DNA of 56,582 bases, counting the filler, from Porpidia crustulata (Eukaryota): NCBI GenBank assembly GCA_964255105.1. It is 5 parts of 5 records of this genome, joined end to end, with 100 filler letters (N's around TTAATTAATTAA, not from the genome) between each part and the next. Parts side by side here need not be neighbours in the genome. Positions count along the whole stretch, not along the records: positions 45,354 to 56,582 come from CAXUWE010000684.1; 4 more parts are not named here. The stretch is one strand, 5' to 3'. The notes beneath the pieces were generated by a model. That model was not told where the DNA came from. It saw only the letters and a list, made by a program, of their open reading frames with translations, and did no database searches. Shown here piece after piece: positions 50,512 to 56,582 of this stretch; the first letter of the stretch is position 1, and each line of letters opens with the position of its first letter. Position numbers and translations under genes: made by a program.

Positions 50512-51869
50512 ATGCGTCCTACAACGATGGATCGTTTTTCCATCCCCTACGTTAAACCCGACGGCCACGAGCAAGAGGCGGTGAGCACACTCTTGTATAT
50601 GCACAATCTAATTGTCTGACGATATAGGATGTTTTTCTGTTCGCCGCCCACCATTCTGACCAGAACGATCAAACCCAAGGCTTGCACGATCTCCAGTGGG
50701 CTCCTTTCCATGATGTGTCCGATCACCTTTCAGATATTGGCTCTTATTCTGTACTTCCCTCGCCTTCACCTTTGCATTCTCAAGTCTCTCCCCGAACAGG
50801 TTCCTACCCCTGGAACAGTTCGGCGGCTGCTGCCACGACCTGGAGTCTGGAAAGTTCTGGAACAGCTGGCTATTTCAACATCCAGAGAGACTCAACAAGT
50901 CCTAGAGCACAAGGATCCGATGATCAAGCTCAACGGATTAGTGGCCATCCACGGACGCAGGCGTCTGATGCCCGATTGCCACTACTTACTTCCACTAGAC
51001 CAACATTTGCATATTCTGTGACTGATAATCCGTCTGAGCCTGGACACGCTGTTCATACATCAGCAGCGAGATTGGAAAGAAGCTCTTCGAATACCCAGCG
51101 GGTTGAAACCTCTCTACGGCAATCGTGGATCGACGTTGAAGCAGATTCGAGTCGTGCTATTTTGACACCAACCCAGGTGAATCTACTGCAACCGTTGACT
51201 GGCCAAAGTACTATAATGCAAAGCCAGTCGCCCAGCACTAATCCTAGCGAATCGCCGTCGCCGACGCAAAGTGTTGCGAGCGACCCTGGAGGAAGTAAAG
51301 CTCAGTCCACGACTGGCAAACGGAAGAAGCCTCGGAGAAAAGCGCACAATGCCATCGAGAGAAGATACCGGAGCAAGCTGAATGAGAAGATAGCAGGCCT
51401 TCGTGATAGCATTCCCAGCCTCCGAACCAAGATCGAAAGCGTTGCCACTCGTCCAGGTAGCTCGACCAGTCCTGCTGGAAGCTCGAGTGCCAGTTCTAAA
51501 GTGAACAAGGCAGACATTCTAGAAAAGGCAACAGAATATATCAAATACCTAGAAATTAGCAAGCGTCAGCTCGAAGCACAACTTCAAGAAGCTCTAGCTT
51601 TTATAAGGGACGATTCCATGAAGGGTTCACCACCTCTTGCCTATTCTACCACTGGCCAGCCGCCAGGTCTACGACCTCCAGTGCAGAGTGAGCATCATTC
51701 CGACGACTGGTATCTGCAGAGCTCCGACATAAGTGTTCCCAGTTATGAACAGGTTCAATTTGAACCGTCAAAGCCTGGCAATGCTGGGAGCGTTGTGGCT
51801 GGTCAGCTACCAGAGCGTCAGATTCCCCTAAGCGACAATGGTTTTGATGCATATCGTCGGTCATCCTGA
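50512..51869 (+). CDS. SREBP-family bHLH transcription factor lacking transmembrane segments; exons 50512-50580 and 50628-51869
   Basis: RRKAHNAIERRYRSKLNEKIAGLRDSIPSL...KVNKADILEKATEYIKYLE with the SREBP-type Tyr in the basic region; GTGAGC..CTGAC..TAG intron joins an ATG exon in frame. Confidence 0.88.
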
Positions 51870-54405
51870 ATAGCCTGAACCTTTTTTGTGTAGCCAACGC
51901 TGATCGGTCACTTCTGCTCAAGTCTTGTCATTCTTGCAGCGTGTACTTTGTCGTTTGTACAATACGTGTATGGGTCCAGGGTTTAGATGAGAACCGACGT
52001 ATTCTAGGATTATCTTCGCGTATGATCTCATGTCACAAGCACCTGATAGCTATCCAAAGGGAGAGTGTCCAAATCGACAGTCGTTCTCGTGCTTTGGCCT
52101 CTACGGTTAAGATGTCGAACGAAAGTCTACCGACATCGTGACAACTAGATGAAGGCAATAGCACGGTCGAGTCCATGACTGGAACAATTCCATGTCCAAT
52201 TGCAACGCCCAAGTATTCGTTTCCGGGAAAGGGAAATAGGGGAATATACCACAGATAAGAGTGACTGATATTAATCTGATCGCCCATAAAAAGCAAAGCA
52301 TCAAAATGACAGATCCCAGTACGCCTAGTCTCTCACATTCGCAGCTTGAAACTTTTAAAACGATAGAGAGTAAACCCCTGGGCAAAGCCAACCAACGCCA
52401 ACGCTTTCCAACAGGAACATGTACCACACCTTATGAACTCATTCGGGTCAAGACGGCATCGACTCTAGAAAAGTAAAATTTGGAGAATCTGTCTCTATAC
52501 TTGGACAATCGTCCGTCAGCACACTTGGCTTTACTTTGGGCCTACGACTACAAGTAGAAGGCTGTTGAACGCACACTGCAATAGCGAATACCAATGAAGG
52601 TGCCCAGGTGGACTGCGAGCCTCAGGTTTATTGTTCATCAAATCCCTGTATTGACAAAGCGTAAGGCGCAGCAATTGACGTCTGATTCAGTCAAGGGTTT
52701 TAAAGGCTTGTACGATAGACCTTGTCACTCGATATTGCGACATGGAAACGCTGCATAATTGTTCAAAAGCCGCAACGGAATGCTAGACATGAGACTTTGT
52801 CCGACAGATTTTGTTCCCAGACCACGGCTCCTGTCCGAAAATGCTACCACAATCCGTATGCCGAGTCGAGGGGTGAGTAAGTCCGGAGATGAATCTCAAA
52901 ATGTTGAGAAAGGAATACACGGTCGTACAAAAGTTCAAACCCAAAACACGGATGCGAAGGACGAGGCTATGACACGGTGGTCGGAAGAAGAACCCGTACG
53001 GCGTGGCTGAGGTGGTTCGTAAGCTTCATGATAGTCGGTGGTTATGTGAATGCTCCGTAGACAGGGTTGAAATGACTTCATACAACCAAGTCGTCGTCGT
53101 TTGACGTCTAATCTGTCTGTTGACTGCGCCGGGTTCATCGGCTACCATGCGTGACAGGGCGAAACAAGCAGGATCATTTGATCAAAGGAATTTCGACCGG
53201 AGTCAGCATACAGGATACAAATGGATCTGTTCCGTCACGACATATAAAAACCAGCATGTACGTAACGACATTGAAGAGGCGATCGTGGTTGAGGGACAAT
53301 TGATTAGATATATACTGACAGATGGGGTCAAACCCTAAGAGCCAGGACATGGGTCGTTGATTGGCTAGAAGAATCGACCTGGCTAGAAGCGGCCCCGATG
53401 TGGAGGGGCGGTTTCAGGGGGGCAATGCCGAGCCTATGGAGCAGCTTAGTCGCTTCAAGCTGCTCCAGACGGCCAGGCGGGGCAGCACATGACCATCAAA
53501 GGGTACTTGTTTCCCGCGGTAGCTACCTTGAAGATATCAACGATTATTGCGGGTTTGCAAGTACCAGCTTGTACCTCGGGGGTTGCCTCGGGTGGAGAGG
53601 AGCCAAGACGGACAAGAGAATGGATTATGTCATGGTCTCATAAAATCTCCGCCTTTGATGTCTATGATCCAGTTGCACTTATACGAGCCATGGCAATCTC
53701 AATGGCCATTCTGCACATGGCCATAAAGCGGCACGAGACTACATTAAGCGGCCGGTAGTTTGTAGATAGATACAACAGAAAGTGGCAGGTGAATGTATTT
53801 GTCCGATTGTCTTGCCAGTCTATGAGTAGACGAAGGATCAAACGACGCTCGGACTTTGTCTCCGTCGTACTCATTTGTAGTGGGAGAGCTTAGCTCTGAA
53901 CTGCATTAGAGATACTGCTTGGTAGACGGGTACTGCATACATCTACTTAATGAAATGCTGCCGTGGGTCAGGGTAATAAGAAGCACGACCTACTTATCTT
54001 CAAAGTCGGGGCGATGTAGAGGGGCTGGCTTGGAAGTACTTTGTATCGGCGCGTTCGATCTGTTTGAGGTCTAACCATATCTAGACTAAAGTACCACGCC
54101 GCATGGAAAGTCATGACGGAATTGGCTCGAATCAGAGTGACGGAGGCGAGCCAGCAATCAAGATTCACTGTCGACCCCGCAATCTGTGTGAGAGATTCAC
54201 ACTAGCAAGGCAGTAGTCATCCCAAATCCCAGAACAACGGCGCTAACAGGCAACAGCTCCCTCCAGACGTCTTTCTGTTCTCCTCTTCTTCTCCTACAAT
54301 AATACTCGACGCCTCCTCTCCTCCATCCTTCTTCATCCATCAACCCCATATTCATCAATTGATATTTCATTAGATCTTTGTCAGTTGCAGTAGATTACCC
54401 TCAAG

Positions 54406-55475
54406 ATGATGAAGAGCTCGAGCAGTGTTGCTCCCATTCCCACCGTCGTCCCGACGAGTACCCCATACGTGCAAGCTGCCGGTGATGTTGGCAACCGCAC
54501 ATTATGGTAAGTGAGCTATGATGAATCTATCAGACAAGCAGACTGACTTCATCCAGGGTGGTCTTTGTGATCATGATGATCTCTTCGGTCGCTTTCTACG
54601 CAATGGCCTTCCGTGTCCCAGTAGTGAGTTGGAAAATCTCTGCACTGTTGGCAAACCAAGCTAAAAGTACATAGCAAAAACGTCTATTCCATATCCTGAC
54701 GGCTTTCATCACCACCTTTGCCATGATCTCGTACTTCGCCATGGCTGTTGGTGATGGTATCTCCGTCAATGAGATCAAGATCAAGCACTCCCAGAAGCAT
54801 TTCCCCGACACCTACGATGTCGTTGAGCGTGAGGTCTACTGGGCCCGTTACGTCGACTGGAGTGTGACCACCCCACTTTTGCTCTTGGATCTTTGCTTCC
54901 TCTGCGGCTTGAGCGGTGCTAACATCCTCGTTGCCATTATCGCTGACATCATCATGATCCTTACCGGTCTCTTCGCTGCTTTCAACGAGGAGGAAGGACC
55001 AAAGTGGGGATACTACGCAATGGCCTGCATCGCCTACCTCGTAGTTGTTTACCAGCTCGCCGTCAACGGCCGTCACGTCGTTATGGCCAAGGATGCCAAG
55101 ACCCGCACTTTCTTCACTGCCATTGCTGGCTTCACCCTCGTCCTCTGGACCGTTTACCCTGTGTATGTTTTTCACTCTGACTTTATCTTGCCAAGCTAAC
55201 GAATTACAGCATCTGGGGTATCGCTGATGGATCCCGTAACATTGGTGTCGACGCCGAAATTGTTGGCTACGCCGTCCTTGACGTCCTTGCCAAGCCTGTC
55301 TTTGGTTTCTGGCTCCTCTTTACCCACGACACCATGTCGAAGTAAGTAACACTGTTTTCATACATTATATTCATACTAATCTAGTATCAGCTCTGCCTCA
55401 ATTGAAGGCTTCTGGGCCCATGGTCTTGGCAAGGAGGGTACTCTCCGCATTGGTGACGATGATGAGGGTGCTTAA
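54406..55475 (+). CDS. Fungal microbial (type I) rhodopsin, NOP-1/Leptosphaeria-rhodopsin clade, five exons
   Basis: Spliced product: G.RTLWVVFVIM, KRLFH, SYFAMA.GDG, VYWARYVDWSVTTPLLLLDL, WTVYPVIWG, YAVLDVLAKPVFGFWLL (retinal Lys at 55292-55294), EGFWAHGLGKEGTLRIGDDDEGA*; four canonical introns. Confidence 0.95.
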
Positions 55476-55899
55476 ATGCCATGAACAACATGACAGTTGG
55501 ACTGGATCCTCTGCATCAGTCCTGTCACACCAGGGTAGGATAGTGGAAAAATCTGAAAAGAAAAAGTTATATTCACGCTAGGCAAAAATATGTAAACAAG
55601 AGGTGGATAAGTGTGGATTGTGGATAATGGATGAAGTGGATGGGTGGTTTCCCAAATGCGTGCCTGGCTTTTCCGAGGCCTCTTGTTCTCTGTCTCGTAC
55701 GCCCTCCGCTTGGCATCGGCTCCCGTGAGCATGTAAATTAGCAGCATTTGAAATAAAATGTGGTCTCTACTCGCTACGTACTATGTATTGATATTGTGTT
55801 GCTGGTTTCATCTCATTTATTATCGCTGCGCTGCCATTGCTCTTGTCGATGCACCTTATTTCAACTCATCAGTCTGATTTGGAACATACATCACCCAAC

Positions 55900-56345
55900 T
55901 CGGCCTCGTCACACATCCATCCCATCCCATTACTTCATCACTTTCCTTTCCCTCGATTTCCTTTTCTTCGCGCTCATTCTTCATTCATCCTCGTCCCACC
56001 TATTCATCTCTTTCATCTTTTTTTCTTTCTTTTCGCTCATTCTTCATTGTTCATGCTTTCTTGTCTCGTCCTTATTGATTAATTTATTTCTTCAGTCTTC
56101 CCTGACCACTTCTTTCATCTTTCATCTTTCTCTTTTTTAGCTCTCTTCTCATTGGGGGAGGGGGGGTTTGGAAGGGAAGGATGTTGAGCGGAATAGTACG
56201 CGGTCAGAATCTCCCCCATCCCTGGCTTTCCACTCCTGCCTCCTGCCTCCTCACAACTCCCACAACTCCCAACTCCCATTCACAATCACAATCTCCTTCT
56301 TCTTCTTTCGTTTCTCTCACTGCTGATGATCCTTCTCTCCATCAC
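55900..56345. repeat. Pyrimidine-rich (CT/TTC) low-complexity tract
   Basis: Runs such as tttcatcttttttctttcttttcgctcattcttcatt and ccttcttcttctttcgtttctctc; the ORFs here are compositional artefacts. Confidence 0.7.
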
Positions 56346-56582
56346 CCTAATTTCAGCGGCGAGAGCTGCTCGCGTTCATTTCACGCACTTGCATATCTAG
56401 TAAGTGGTTTTATGAGAAAGACTGTTTTATATCATTTTTCTGTTTTCTCTTGATATATACTTCCATCTCCAACTCAAACGCACAAGTCATCGCGGATGAA
56501 CAATTTGAAAGACTATGAGATGAGTGAGGAATGATAGGGAAGCTTTCACGGTTGGGATTATGAATGGGATATGGACGAAGGA

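Noticed and set aside
52000..54300. Carotenoid (car) cluster or hidden genes upstream of the opsin
   Set aside because: No carRA/carB/carX-like sequence; ORFs are short and motif-free; the opsin looks NOP-1/LR-type rather than CarO-type.

Overview
Eukaryotic DNA from a filamentous ascomycete (Pezizomycotina; short GT-AG introns with CTRAC/CTAAC branch sites; a lichen-forming lineage is possible but only a guess). The window is not one locus. It is five contigs of steadily decreasing length (11250, 11236, 11235, 11232, 11229 bp) joined by an artificial 100-nt spacer (44 N + TTAATTAATTAA + 44 N), so nothing can be inferred across the gaps. Contig 1: a decaying accessory region (stop-interrupted W-rich gene, CC/GG-depleted relic, HET pseudogene), then a hypothetical gene, ORC5 and a Cys-rich single-pass membrane protein. 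Contig 2: 5' part of a Cdc11/Nud1-like SIN scaffold, an 819-aa low-complexity protein, an MCH1-like MFS transporter and a KCS1-like inositol polyphosphate kinase. Contig 3: class II DAHP synthase, HYPK, a BRCT protein, an atypical Zn2Cys6-like protein and a HET domain split by ankyrin repeats. Contig 4: a SET methyltransferase, a small conserved protein and a divergent lamB/lamA pair. Contig 5: a ZIP zinc transporter, a ~200-bp fold-back element, a soluble SREBP-type bHLH factor and a DTD-motif rhodopsin. No rRNA, tRNA, CRISPR array or intact transposase was seen. Family calls come from recalled motifs, not database searches.
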